A stretch of 23,511 nt of DNA from an uncultured euryarchaeote (GCA_937899865.1 CALBRH010000027.1:1-23511); one strand, 5' to 3'. Counted from the stretch's first letter, positions 1 through 9,893 are shown. Notes: a model not told the origin generated them from the sequence alone. Numbers and translations are program-made.

Positions 1-20
1 CCAGAAACTGAAGAATGAAC

Positions 21-1355
21 TCATAGTGAGTTAACAATCGATTCAGCGTCCAGAGCAACTGCTGTCTGTTCTCCACTGGATAGTGATTTCAACATTCCAC
101 TGCCTGCCTCTAAATCTCTTGGCCCGACCACAAAGGTGTAATCAGCACCGATGGAATTTGCCCAACTCATCGCTTTGCCGATTTTTCTGCCACGTAATTC
201 CAACTCTACTCTAACACCGCTTCGCCTTAATTGGCCAACGATTGGTAGAACTGCTTGAACATCGACATTGAATGGAATTACTGCCAGTAATGGTTTGTCA
301 TCTGACTCCCCTGGCACTATTTCATCTCGACCTTCAGCTGCTGCTTGTGCTTCAAGCGCTAACAAAACACGGTCAAAACCTAAGCCGAAACCACAACATG
401 GATCTAAATCAGGCAGGCCAAAGAGGTGTAGCAACTTGTAGGAGCCTCCACCAAGAACTTGCCCTTCACCACCCATTGATGGCACGATTACTTCGAATAC
501 CATGCCAGTGTAATAATCCAATCCTCTTGCTACTGTCAAATCAACTGCTAAAGATGGTGGTGCTGGTGCTAATGCAGCAACTGCATCAAGGGTAATTTGT
601 AATTCATCTAATGCTTCAAGTGAAACTCCATCTAATGAGGCAAGAATCTCTCTTGCTGGACCCAGTGTTTCACTACCACCTGATAAATCAGCAAGCGCTC
701 TAAGTGGTTCAGCATTACTTGCTGCAATACCATTTGCTTCGAGCAATGCAGCTAGTCCAGCATCGTCACCCTTGTCAAGGAAACGCATAGCACTAGCAAC
801 AGGTGGCTCATTAGCGCCTGCTGGTGTTTCCAAAGATAGTCCAAGGCCGCTTAATGCGCCTTTTAGAATACCAACATGACCGATACGAATTTGCCAATCT
901 TTCAAGCCACAAGCATCTAACATTGAGATTGCTAAAGCGATTACTTCTGCTTCTGCAAGCGGCCCTGATGCTCCGATTAACTCAACACCATACTGGAAAA
1001 ATTCTCGGTAACGCCCTTTCTTGAATTCTTCATAACGATAGCATTGTCCATAATATGACAAACGGAGAGGTTTGGTATCATTACGCATTTCTTCAGCGAT
1101 CATCCGCATTACTGGTGCAGTAAGTTCTGGTCGCAAAGTTAGTTGTCGCTCGCCCTTGTCTTCGAAATTATACAATTGGGCAATAACTCCAGGCCCTGAC
1201 TTAGCAGTGAATAATTCAAGAGATTCAAAAATTGGCGTTTGCACCCGATTAAATCCGCTTGCACGAGCGCAATTTTCCAGCAACTGCTCGAACGCTAGAC
1301 GGCGATTCATCACCTTAGGGGTGAAGTCTCGGGTTCCACGTGGGCGTTGCACCAT
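21..1355 (-). CDS. hisS: Histidine--tRNA ligase
   Basis: Contains RPRGTRDF, LTLRPELTAP, RYEEFKKGRYREFFQYGVE (motif 2), ARGLDYYTG, GGGSY and GFGLGFDR (motif 3), plus a C-terminal anticodon-binding domain. Start moved to the ATG at 1355 (MVQRPRG) because the track's extension to 1436 overlaps the upstream gene. Confidence 0.96.
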   Translation of the reverse strand: MVQRPRGTRDFTPKVMNRRLAFEQLLENCARASGFNRVQTPIFESLELFTAKSGPGVIAQLYNFEDKGERQLTLRPELTAPVMRMIAEEMRNDTKPLRLSYYGQCYRYEEFKKGRYREFFQYGVELIGASGPLAEAEVIALAISMLDACGLKDWQIRIGHVGILKGALSGLGLSLETPAGANEPPVASAMRFLDKGDDAGLAALLEANGIAASNAEPLRALADLSGGSETLGPAREILASLDGVSLEALDELQITLDAVAALAPAPPSLAVDLTVARGLDYYTGMVFEVIVPSMGGEGQVLGGGSYKLLHLFGLPDLDPCCGFGLGFDRVLLALEAQAAAEGRDEIVPGESDDKPLLAVIPFNVDVQAVLPIVGQLRRSGVRVELELRGRKIGKAMSWANSIGADYTFVVGPRDLEAGSGMLKSLSSGEQTAVALDAESIVNSL

Positions 1356-1417
1356 GAGTAAATCCACAAGGTGATTGTTCATGACCTCTTCGCATAGAAT
1401 TTTGTCAAGGAATTGAT

Positions 1418-2089
1418 TTACCAACCGACTGACCAACCATCTTCTTCTGACTCGTCCGCTTTATTCCAATCGACATCCACATCGCTTTTTTCCTGCTCCT
1501 CTGTTTCAGCAGATTCCTCTGTCGATGATTCTTCGACTAATGGTTGCTCATCCTCACCACTTGCCTCATCTTCATCTTCAGTTAACTGATCTAATAGGTC
1601 AATATCTGTTGAGCCTTCGTCTTGCCTAACCTCTACCAACTCTGGTGCCAGTAAAACATCACTATCATCTACTTCTTCTGTTTCTAATTCTTCTTCAACT
1701 AGAATCTCTTCGATTTCACTGACATTCGGCTTGAAGCGTTCAAGGAATTCTTCGCCTTCAGTTGGCGCATCTAATGTCGCCAGCGCATTTTGCATTATTC
1801 CAGCCGCTGGTGGTTGGGCTCGAGCACGCATTTCTGCTTTCTTCCGCTCGATGGTTGCTAATGCTTCAGCCTGCTCTTGCTCTTTTGCCATTTCCGCTTC
1901 GATATTTTTCCACATTCGCTCTTCTTTACGCTTCTCGCGTTTCTCTTCTTGTAACTCGATTTGTCGTTTACTGGGTCGGTCGTATAGCTTCCAAAAACAA
2001 TACACCAAAAATAACAAAATAATTGATGTAAAAAATCCAGTAATCAAAGTTCTTACGAGGTCTGACACCTCTATTCCTCCATCGATCAC
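1418..2089 (-). CDS. Hypothetical single-pass membrane protein with a charged coiled coil and a very acidic C-terminal tail
   Basis: N-terminal hydrophobic helix (LITGFFTSIILLFLVYCFW), then an E/K/R-rich helix and a D/E-rich tail ending GWSVGW. GTG at 2089 overlaps the transporter TGA (GTGA). An alternative GTG at 2068 has GGAGG 7 nt upstream. Confidence 0.8.
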   Translation of the reverse strand: MIDGGIEVSDLVRTLITGFFTSIILLFLVYCFWKLYDRPSKRQIELQEEKREKRKEERMWKNIEAEMAKEQEQAEALATIERKKAEMRARAQPPAAGIMQNALATLDAPTEGEEFLERFKPNVSEIEEILVEEELETEEVDDSDVLLAPELVEVRQDEGSTDIDLLDQLTEDEDEASGEDEQPLVEESSTEESAETEEQEKSDVDVDWNKADESEEDGWSVGW

Positions 2090-3792
2090 GCAACTTCTGC
2101 ATCAAATACTGCGTCCTCGGATGCTAAATGCTCGAAACCAGGAACTAAGTCTCCAAGTTGGTGAACCTTGTCATCTTGGCCACCTGGTAAGGTAGAGATG
2201 TCCGCATCAGCACCCTCTGGAATATTTCTGAAGATTGGTCGCTGAATTAGATACTTGTTCAAGAAGATGAATGAGATTGCAACTACTCCCCAAAAAGCAA
2301 GGATAATTCCCAGCCCTTTCGGATTACCTGGATTCCAAACATCTGGAGTATTAGCAATCATATCGCTGAAATAGGACACCATTAGAACAGTAAACAATAT
2401 CGGGAACGCGACATATAACAGAATATCCCACCATCTGCCTACTTCGATATCATTGTCACCTGTATTGATGAAATCGTCACGGAATGCTGAGACTCCTACT
2501 CCCAAGTAACCTTTGAATCCGCCCGGTGCTTCACCAGCCTCCACTTGTGCCTTCCAGCGTAGATAACCATACTTCCAAATTGAGAAGGCGATAAATAATC
2601 CTGAGAACATCAATCCATAGCCCCAAATGTGGTCTTGAACTTCCAAGAACTCAGGGAATGCGACTCCTGCTGAATCAAGTTTGATCCACACTACTGCTGA
2701 AGGCAGACCGAAGATGAACAAAGCAAGACCTGTGATTGCTACTGAGCGCTCACGGTTGTAACCGTGGTCAACGAAGTTTCTTACACATAATTCAACAGTT
2801 GAAATCATCGATGTAAGGGCAGCAAATGATAGCGCAAGGAAGAATCCGGCCATCATAACAAACGGACCTATGGAGCCACCTGGTGCTTGAGCGAAAACTT
2901 CTGGAAGTGCAAGGAAAGTAATTGCTGAAGAACCTCCAGTAACTGTGGCTAATGGGTCGCTACTAACTGCGAAAATAGAGGACAGTACAGCAAGTCCGGC
3001 AATAATGGAAATACTGTTGTTAGCAAGTCCCATAGTGAATGCATTGAGAACTGTATCCTCGTCTTTTCTCATGTACACCGCATAAGTGATTGCCATACCC
3101 ATTCCAGCAGAACAAGACCAAGCTGATTGCGATAATGCATTAATCCATATTTCGGGCTCAAACAGTAAACTAGTATCTACTGAGAACATGAATATAGCAC
3201 CGTCTAGACTACCATCTTCGAAATCCATCCACAGTGAAAGGAATAGAGACATGAATAGTAGTACGAATAATGAAATCATCAATACAACATTGACCTTTTC
3301 GATTGCTTTAGCACCTTTCCATATCGCAGCAAGAGTTAGTACGATAACGATGAATTGGAAGAAAATAACTTGTCCAGGTGATTGTAAGAAAGCATTCCAT
3401 ACCTCTGTTGTATCTACTCCATCTCCAGTCAAGCCACCGGTAATTCCAAGTTGGAAATATTTGATTGTCCAACCGGCAACAATTGCGTAATAGAAACCAA
3501 TCGCTGTTGAAATCCACGCGGTCCAAAGACCCATCCAAGCGAATTTTTTACCAGCAAAAATCCTGAAAGTACCAATCGTACCAGTTCTACTGCGCTTACC
3601 CATTGCGAATTCTGCGATAACCAAAGGTATCGACCAAGCAAATAGGAAAATTAGCCATGGAATTAGAAACGTTCCGCCACCATTAGCGCCAACCATTCTT
3701 GGGAATCGCCAAATGTTTCCAGTTCCAATAGCTGCTCCAATTGAAGCAAAAATAAGACCTAAACGGCCGTTAAACTGATCCGACTGAGCCAT
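2086..3792 (-). CDS. Sodium-dependent transporter, neurotransmitter:sodium symporter (NSS/SNF) family, amino-acid type
   Basis: TM1 motif GAAIGTGNIWRFP, GGGTFLIPW, AEFAMG and about 12 hydrophobic segments. Gly at the LeuT G24-equivalent position. GAGGTG SD upstream of the ATG. Confidence 0.93.
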   Translation of the reverse strand: MAQSDQFNGRLGLIFASIGAAIGTGNIWRFPRMVGANGGGTFLIPWLIFLFAWSIPLVIAEFAMGKRSRTGTIGTFRIFAGKKFAWMGLWTAWISTAIGFYYAIVAGWTIKYFQLGITGGLTGDGVDTTEVWNAFLQSPGQVIFFQFIVIVLTLAAIWKGAKAIEKVNVVLMISLFVLLFMSLFLSLWMDFEDGSLDGAIFMFSVDTSLLFEPEIWINALSQSAWSCSAGMGMAITYAVYMRKDEDTVLNAFTMGLANNSISIIAGLAVLSSIFAVSSDPLATVTGGSSAITFLALPEVFAQAPGGSIGPFVMMAGFFLALSFAALTSMISTVELCVRNFVDHGYNRERSVAITGLALFIFGLPSAVVWIKLDSAGVAFPEFLEVQDHIWGYGLMFSGLFIAFSIWKYGYLRWKAQVEAGEAPGGFKGYLGVGVSAFRDDFINTGDNDIEVGRWWDILLYVAFPILFTVLMVSYFSDMIANTPDVWNPGNPKGLGIILAFWGVVAISFIFLNKYLIQRPIFRNIPEGADADISTLPGGQDDKVHQLGDLVPGFEHLASEDAVFDAEVA

Positions 3793-3806
3793 GATAACAC
3801 CTCGGC

Positions 3807-5990
3807 TTAACCGCCGTCCTCCAAGATGGCTTCAGTAAATTCCTTGTCATTTTCATCGACCAACATCATGCGCAAACAAACTGCTAGTCCACCCCAAACG
3901 AACCCTGCTACAACAATGAACATGAATAGAGCGCCAAACAAACCACCGTAATCAGCCCGATATGGAAGTTCTAAGACATAATAGTCTCCATTTGTCGGAA
4001 ATAGATACAAATTACCTCCGCTTAATGTGCCTAGCATAGCCTTGTAATGTACTTCTCCAGCAACATTGTCAGGAATAGGTAGGCTTGAAGTTAATACTGT
4101 GCCATTTTCTCCGTTGTCTAGAGTACATGTGTCACTAGAATCTACTTCAAACGGAGCCTTAGACCAAGCAGTAGTCGACCACTCTCTAGGGCCGTAGTCA
4201 CTTTGAGCGCGGCTGGGTTTTACAATTCTATACATGACATGAGAAACATCATCATCGAGTGAATAATCAAAACCAGTGGCTACGCATATATCAACCGGTA
4301 TATCCCCTTTGCTGAGTGGAAGAAGTTCGTCAGGTTCATCAAGTTGATTCGCGGACAGATTTGCTAATCCATCATCAGCACGCTCTCTAGGGTTATCTGC
4401 AATTTCAGCAATGTAGAAACCTACTCCCAAATTTCTCACTGCAATGTGATCGATATCATCAGGATGCTGATGGAAAGCAGTACCAATTTCACTTGTGTAA
4501 CAATATGAACCATGAACACCATAATGCCAATCACAGAAATCTCCTGAAGTTGGATACAAGGAAGAGGATTGAAGGTTAGCATAAAGTGTCATGTCGGCCA
4601 TCTTCTGACCATGATATTCTAACTGGTAATGGTCTGGACTTTCACAATCAGTACAATGTCCCCATGGCCACAAAATGAGTTCGGAATATGAATGGTGAGT
4701 CAGGGTTGACTTGAACTCACTCGCGCCGTCACCATCATCATCGTTCATTTCAGTCATGTCTTGAATGAATTTGGTTTCCGGCTCCGAATTACCGCCTAGC
4801 CAATCTTCATCGGTCAAACCGTCACCATCGTCGTCTTTGCCATCGACGTGGTCTTCGTTCAGCCGATTGTCACCGTCTTGGTCCACCGTATCCACCGGTC
4901 CATTGTAGACGTCGTTATTTTGACCAGCATAGCACGCGCCTGGGAACAAAGGTCCTGTGGCACCAAGTGGAGCACCCCATTCGAACTGATAATTACGATT
5001 GAGGTCGACCCCGTCACATCCTTCATCAACCTCTTCGTCAAGGTCTGGAATTGGTGTAACGCCTGTGACGGTGTTGTCGCGGAGGTTCTTTCTCCAACCA
5101 GCAGCCGAGCATTCCCAAGCTTCTTGTCCAGGGCATTGTCCTGGCATGTACACTTCACGATCGTAGATGTTGCCATCAGTGTTTAGCATTGGAATTAGAT
5201 AAATCTCCCTCATGTTAACTAAATCAGTAATGAACTGTTCAGAGTAATCTTCGTCAACACCGTGGTCACCAGGCCCACAATTGACGCCGTCACCGTTTGA
5301 GTCTTGGTATTGAGTAGCCATGCCAGTACAATCACCATCATCATCCAACACTCCATCGCCGTCAGTATCGCCCCAGCCATCTTCATCGACTTGGCCATCG
5401 CCGTCATTGTCGTAAGCTATGTTTCCGTATGAAAAAGCGATGACTTCCAACTGAAGCATTGGTACTTGCACTGACATCCACTCTCTAGCATGATGGTTAC
5501 CGACAATCATTACGTCATGACGGTCTGGATAGTTTCCATTATCCCCCACAAATGGATTGTAATCACCGTCTTGCACGTCTTTAGTGATCTTCATCCAAGG
5601 TGAAGAATGACCATAATACCAACCTTCGTAAGCGTCAGCAGTTACCTCCTCACCTCTTGCATTAGTTCCACCATTCATACCTTCATGATACTCGAAAATG
5701 TCCGGATTTTCCTGTGCTAGTCGCATCATACGAGTCTTCATTGTCTCATATGTGTGGTACTGCTTGAATTGTAGAATATCGTCACCGGCTGGCGCCCAAG
5801 GGAAGATATCGTTGATGTAATCATCTGACCATACGTCTTCAGGAGCAGTGCCGGTAGTCGGCTCGTCTTGTGCAATCGTGGAAGCAACCATAGGCGTCAT
5901 CAATGAAAGAAGCAATGGCATACATATCAAGAAGCCAAATGACGGTCTAGTCTTTAGGGCAACAATGGGAGTTTTGCGATTCGCGGACAT
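3807..5990 (-). CDS. Secreted, C-terminally membrane-anchored zinc carboxypeptidase (peptidase M14, carboxypeptidase T-like)
   Basis: HARE (HxxE zinc ligands), WRKN, DLNRNY, SEPET, HHSY (third zinc His) and TSEIG (catalytic Glu). N-terminal signal-like segment and C-terminal TM helix. Start set at ATG 5990 because the track's start overlaps arsC. Confidence 0.92.
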   Translation of the reverse strand: MSANRKTPIVALKTRPSFGFLICMPLLLSLMTPMVASTIAQDEPTTGTAPEDVWSDDYINDIFPWAPAGDDILQFKQYHTYETMKTRMMRLAQENPDIFEYHEGMNGGTNARGEEVTADAYEGWYYGHSSPWMKITKDVQDGDYNPFVGDNGNYPDRHDVMIVGNHHAREWMSVQVPMLQLEVIAFSYGNIAYDNDGDGQVDEDGWGDTDGDGVLDDDGDCTGMATQYQDSNGDGVNCGPGDHGVDEDYSEQFITDLVNMREIYLIPMLNTDGNIYDREVYMPGQCPGQEAWECSAAGWRKNLRDNTVTGVTPIPDLDEEVDEGCDGVDLNRNYQFEWGAPLGATGPLFPGACYAGQNNDVYNGPVDTVDQDGDNRLNEDHVDGKDDDGDGLTDEDWLGGNSEPETKFIQDMTEMNDDDGDGASEFKSTLTHHSYSELILWPWGHCTDCESPDHYQLEYHGQKMADMTLYANLQSSSLYPTSGDFCDWHYGVHGSYCYTSEIGTAFHQHPDDIDHIAVRNLGVGFYIAEIADNPRERADDGLANLSANQLDEPDELLPLSKGDIPVDICVATGFDYSLDDDVSHVMYRIVKPSRAQSDYGPREWSTTAWSKAPFEVDSSDTCTLDNGENGTVLTSSLPIPDNVAGEVHYKAMLGTLSGGNLYLFPTNGDYYVLELPYRADYGGLFGALFMFIVVAGFVWGGLAVCLRMMLVDENDKEFTEAILEDGG

Positions 5991-6048
5991 CCTATCATGC
6001 CAGCGAAGTGCTTTGAGTTCTTGAAGCCGTCGCGTGATGGGGTATTTG

Positions 6049-6369
6049 CTAATCGAGCAAATCAAGGATATTTTCGGGCGGTCTTCCAATCACTGCTCGG
6101 CCATCTCTAATCAATATTGGACGCTCTAATGCCTTTGGATTGTCTTGCAATAATTTACGAACAACACCATGATTATTCAAATCAAAATTCAACGATTTGT
6201 CCAGTTCTTGTTTCCTAATCAAACCTTCAAGTCCAAGTAAAAGTTCAACATCTTCTTCAGCAATACCATGTTCAAGATAACGATAGTCTTCAAATTCTAG
6301 ATTTCGCTCAACAAGTATTGCTAAGGCTTGTCTTGATTTTGAGCATCTTGGATTGTGATATAGTCGCAT
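6049..6369 (-). CDS. arsC: ArsC-family arsenate reductase (glutaredoxin-type)
   Basis: YHNPRCSKSR active-site loop, LIRK, LERP and IGRP arginine motifs, 106 aa, AGGAG SD upstream. Confidence 0.85.
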   Translation of the reverse strand: MRLYHNPRCSKSRQALAILVERNLEFEDYRYLEHGIAEEDVELLLGLEGLIRKQELDKSLNFDLNNHGVVRKLLQDNPKALERPILIRDGRAVIGRPPENILDLLD

Positions 6370-6460
6370 GATAATTCTCCTTTGACGGTAGTTAATGAAC
6401 CAAACTGTGAGTAATGATTTTCTTAGAATATGTCTAAATCACAGACTGATTGCAGTAAGC

Positions 6461-7561
6461 ATGGTCGAAGACGATATTGCTAATCAAGCAGCGGAATCTG
6501 TCGGAATAAATGAAATGACAATTCTAGCAATTTTAGGTATCATTATTGCTGGAGTAATCGTTAGATTCCTAACCATGGCTTTTGCTCCATCTCTACTTAG
6601 AAAAATTATACGCTCAGAAAATCTTCAAACCAAGACTGTTAAACAGTCCGATAAGGCTCTTGGCAGTGCGATTGGTGCAGGAGTTTCATACATTCTATCT
6701 CTACAATTAGTCAATTCTATCGAAGAGGGTTCATCTACCTATGAAATGCCAGAAATAATGCTAACGATCCTACCAAATGTGTTTCAATTTATCATCGCAT
6801 TAGCAGTTGTAGTTTGGGCATTTAGATTGGTCAATGTTGTGCAAGATGTTGTTGCTATTATTGATACGGATGGCGTCAGTGACGGTACAGACAAAACCTT
6901 GGTTAGTGCATTGGAAAGCGTATTGAGATTCTTCATTGTCTTCATCGGTGCGATATTTATTGCTGATGCTGTTGGCCTAAACTTGACATCCCTGATTGCT
7001 GGTTTGGGTATTTCTGGTCTTGCTTTGGCATTAGCAGCAAAAGATACGATTTCTAATTTCTTTGGTGCACTAACTGTATTACTTGACAGACCATTCAAAG
7101 TTGGTGATTGGGTAGTTGTCGGTTCATCAGAGGGTGAAGTAATTGAAATCAATCTTAGAACCACGCTAATTAGAACCGGAATCGATACTGTAATCACTAT
7201 TCCTAATGCTAACTTAGTGAGTACTCCAGTGGAAAATTTTGGCAAGAGAAGATGGAGAAGATGGCAAACTATGCTTCATTTTGACATCAATTCTAATCCT
7301 GATAAAGTTGAGGCTTTTCGCGATGAAGTATTAAAATCAATTCAAGATAATGCTGCAACTATGAATGAAGACTCATCATGGTGCCGAGTTAACGATATCT
7401 CAGCAACCTCGATTGATGTATCGCTAAACCTGTATTGGGACGTCCAAGGTGGGGCAGATGAGCGCCAAGAGAAAGAGAAATTCTTGCTCGAAATTATGCA
7501 ACTAGCAAGAGATCACGAATTGAGTTTCTACGATAACAGAATTAGAAAACAGAGCAATTAG
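6461..7561 (+). CDS. mscS: Small-conductance mechanosensitive channel (MscS family)
   Basis: GISGLALALAAKDTISNFFG, DRPFKVGDW, GEVIEINLRTT and ITIPN motifs, with several N-terminal TM helices. Start ATG 6461 chosen; 6395 is possible. Confidence 0.92.
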   Translation: MVEDDIANQAAESVGINEMTILAILGIIIAGVIVRFLTMAFAPSLLRKIIRSENLQTKTVKQSDKALGSAIGAGVSYILSLQLVNSIEEGSSTYEMPEIMLTILPNVFQFIIALAVVVWAFRLVNVVQDVVAIIDTDGVSDGTDKTLVSALESVLRFFIVFIGAIFIADAVGLNLTSLIAGLGISGLALALAAKDTISNFFGALTVLLDRPFKVGDWVVVGSSEGEVIEINLRTTLIRTGIDTVITIPNANLVSTPVENFGKRRWRRWQTMLHFDINSNPDKVEAFRDEVLKSIQDNAATMNEDSSWCRVNDISATSIDVSLNLYWDVQGGADERQEKEKFLLEIMQLARDHELSFYDNRIRKQSN

Positions 7562-8727
7562 TATGGTTGTGGGTCTTTAGCCCAATAGATCATGTTACAA
7601 GCCAATGCGCCAACCAAACAAAGCGCTCCTGAAATTCCAGCTATAGTGGGTGAAACAGTTTCCATACGCCATGCGAAAAATGCGATTACTGCCCCAATAA
7701 TACCGCCCCACAATCCTGATTTCCAAAGTCGTAAAACTCCCAAATGTGCTTGTATTCTTGAGACATCATTAAGCCAATTTTGTGCTTTTTTCCCAAGTGC
7801 TTCGTCGCCATAAATTCTTGCTTCACCAAGCGCTAACAATACTGCGTGATAGCGCCAAATCCAAGGACCACCCATCAATGTTGAAGTGGCTTTTTTGTGA
7901 GCATAAGAGTTCGGTGCTTTACTTAACCAAGCCTCAAGCAATGATTTCCTAGCAACTTCATTCATGCCACTGGCGAAAGAAATTTGTTGCTCGATAAGCA
8001 TTAGATTTGCTAAACCCGGAAGTCTATCTGCTTGGCATAATAAATGTTCAACTGGCGACCTCGTATCAGCAATAAAAGCAAATTCATCATCTTGCTTTGA
8101 TAATATTGCTAAATCTAAATTCAAGCGGGGTAAACCAACGGTATATTCTGAATGAGGTGCACGCCAAAGCGTAGTTACCTTCAATTCAGCTTCAATATCT
8201 TTGAGACGGTCATTCCAACGGCGCTCAGTATTTGGAGTAGCAAATTCATTGAGTGCACTGTGTATACTACCAAGATTACTTGCTAACTTATCACCATCAA
8301 AATCTGACTTACCAATGACTAATTCTGGACAATCATAAACTACTACTCGATCGTTATTTTCAACAAAGTAAACCATGCTTGGTAACTTTACTGCTAAGCC
8401 TTGAAGTGCTTCATTCCAAGGCCGGTATTGCACAAATCTTGACAAATCATTACCTAATGCAAATGGCGTAATTCTTGCAATTTGATTATCATTTAATCTA
8501 ACTAAGTAGCCTTTACGATCTTGGTTTAGTATCTCTACTGTTGAAACGTTTGGCCACTGCCCCCATACTGCTCCATCTTGTGGCTGTGCTTGCCACCATT
8601 CTGCAGACAGACACTGGGTGTAATCCCATGTTTCTAAAGTGCCAAATACCGTCTGAATGCGACCGGAATCAAAACTATCTGAGTCTTCTGTGATAATCCC
8701 AACTGGCCACCATGGAGACTCGTCCAT
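7558..8727 (-). CDS. Hypothetical protein with two C-terminal TM helices; possible degenerate APH/maltokinase-like kinase fold
   Basis: Long open frame with a C-terminal hydrophobic hairpin. LASNLGSIHSAL resembles the LGxxxAxLH motif of APH-fold kinases, but there is no HGD or DFE catalytic motif. Start ATG 8727 avoids overlap with the divergent gene. Confidence 0.7.
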   Translation of the reverse strand: MDESPWWPVGIITEDSDSFDSGRIQTVFGTLETWDYTQCLSAEWWQAQPQDGAVWGQWPNVSTVEILNQDRKGYLVRLNDNQIARITPFALGNDLSRFVQYRPWNEALQGLAVKLPSMVYFVENNDRVVVYDCPELVIGKSDFDGDKLASNLGSIHSALNEFATPNTERRWNDRLKDIEAELKVTTLWRAPHSEYTVGLPRLNLDLAILSKQDDEFAFIADTRSPVEHLLCQADRLPGLANLMLIEQQISFASGMNEVARKSLLEAWLSKAPNSYAHKKATSTLMGGPWIWRYHAVLLALGEARIYGDEALGKKAQNWLNDVSRIQAHLGVLRLWKSGLWGGIIGAVIAFFAWRMETVSPTIAGISGALCLVGALACNMIYWAKDPQPY

Positions 8728-8838
8728 GACAGCGGGACAAGTCCACCACACAAAAGACCGATGCTTGTCAACGACATATTTTGGGGTTACCATAAAATGG
8801 TAGTCCGACATCGATTAAATGTGGCTCAGCGAATCATC

Positions 8839-9639
8839 ATGCCAAATGTCGTCCAATCTAGTGACGGAAAACGGTCTAAGTGGGGCTTGTTCACTACATT
8901 GCTAATTACTTCATTGATTTTTATGGCCGTTGGTGCAAGCATTGAGCCTGACCGAGATTTACTGGATGAGTGTGGACAGTCATGGGCTGATGTTAACTAC
9001 AGCGATAGCGAGGAGTGTCAGGAAGCTAGAGATCAAGAAGCAAGTAGCGGATTTGTCGCCGGGTTTGGTGGATTATTCTGCTGCGGTGCTATTATTGTTG
9101 GAATAGTTGCGGCATCTTCTGGTAGTTCCTCAACTAAGACCGTGATTGTAAATCAGGGTTTCGTCCCACAGACTACAATGGTTCAACCAAATCAACAAGT
9201 TGTTCATACTGGAACTGTAATGAAACGTGGAATGACTGGACAAATGCCACTCGATACCAACCGCACTAGACAAGATAAACAGCAGGCGAACTTTACGAAA
9301 ACCAGCGCCCCTGCTAAGCAGCAAGAAAATACAACTAGTGCTCCTTCGATGGATGAAATTGACAAACTGGCTGCTGAAGCGAAGAATTTAGAACTCGCAA
9401 GAGACTTTACTAAAGCAGCAGAAATGTATCAAAAGGCAGGATTGTTTGCTGAGGCAGGTAGAATTAGGCAAACTTATCTTGAGAATGATAAACCTGTAGT
9501 TCAAATTGGCCAAATTGGTGATTCAGTTGTCAAAGATTCGGTTATCATGGGTAATCAAAAATCCAACCTATGTCCAAATTGTGGAATTGTAACGCAACCT
9601 GAATGGAACTTCTGTCCATCGTGTAACATTAGCCTTTGA
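8839..9639 (+). CDS. Membrane protein with a C-terminal zinc ribbon
   Basis: Two TM helices flanking a loop with two Cys, a Q/T/V-rich linker, an amphipathic helical repeat-like segment and C-terminal CPNC-x10-CPSC. Start ATG 8839. Confidence 0.8.
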   Translation: MPNVVQSSDGKRSKWGLFTTLLITSLIFMAVGASIEPDRDLLDECGQSWADVNYSDSEECQEARDQEASSGFVAGFGGLFCCGAIIVGIVAASSGSSSTKTVIVNQGFVPQTTMVQPNQQVVHTGTVMKRGMTGQMPLDTNRTRQDKQQANFTKTSAPAKQQENTTSAPSMDEIDKLAAEAKNLELARDFTKAAEMYQKAGLFAEAGRIRQTYLENDKPVVQIGQIGDSVVKDSVIMGNQKSNLCPNCGIVTQPEWNFCPSCNISL

Positions 9640-9647
9640 GGGATTTA

Positions 9648-9893
9648 ATGGATTTTGCATATTATTCAATCGCCCTTATCGTTGCTTTTGCTACGGCTAG
9701 ATATGTTACCGAGAATACCAAAATACATCTCAAATTCAAAGGTCTATGGATTCATCATTGGATTTTGGCTGGTCTTGCTATGGGTGTGGCACTATACCTC
9801 AACATTTCACAACCATATGTATGGGGAGCACTTACTGGTATTGCCCTAGAAGGACTTCCAAGAAAGAATTGGTCGATTAGAAATAAACAATAA
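9648..9893 (+). CDS. Small membrane protein with an HxHHW motif
   Basis: Three hydrophobic segments and LWIHHW. ATG at 9648 has GAGGG upstream; an alternative TTG at 9636 overlaps the previous stop. Confidence 0.7.
   Translation: MDFAYYSIALIVAFATARYVTENTKIHLKFKGLWIHHWILAGLAMGVALYLNISQPYVWGALTGIALEGLPRKNWSIRNKQ

Noticed and set aside
272-5407. Shadow ORFs over hisS, the transporter and M14 (272-595, 824-1024, 1072-1374, 1731-2195, 3086-3490, 4848-5186 and others)
   Set aside because: They are fully nested in or antisense to well-supported genes and have no recognisable motifs.
6049-6369. Arsenic-resistance island
   Set aside because: arsC stands alone, with no arsR, arsB/acr3 or arsM in the window.
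6405-6444. Nested weak inverted repeats between arsC and mscS
   Set aside because: The arms are only 5-6 bp, AT-rich and bulged, as expected by chance.
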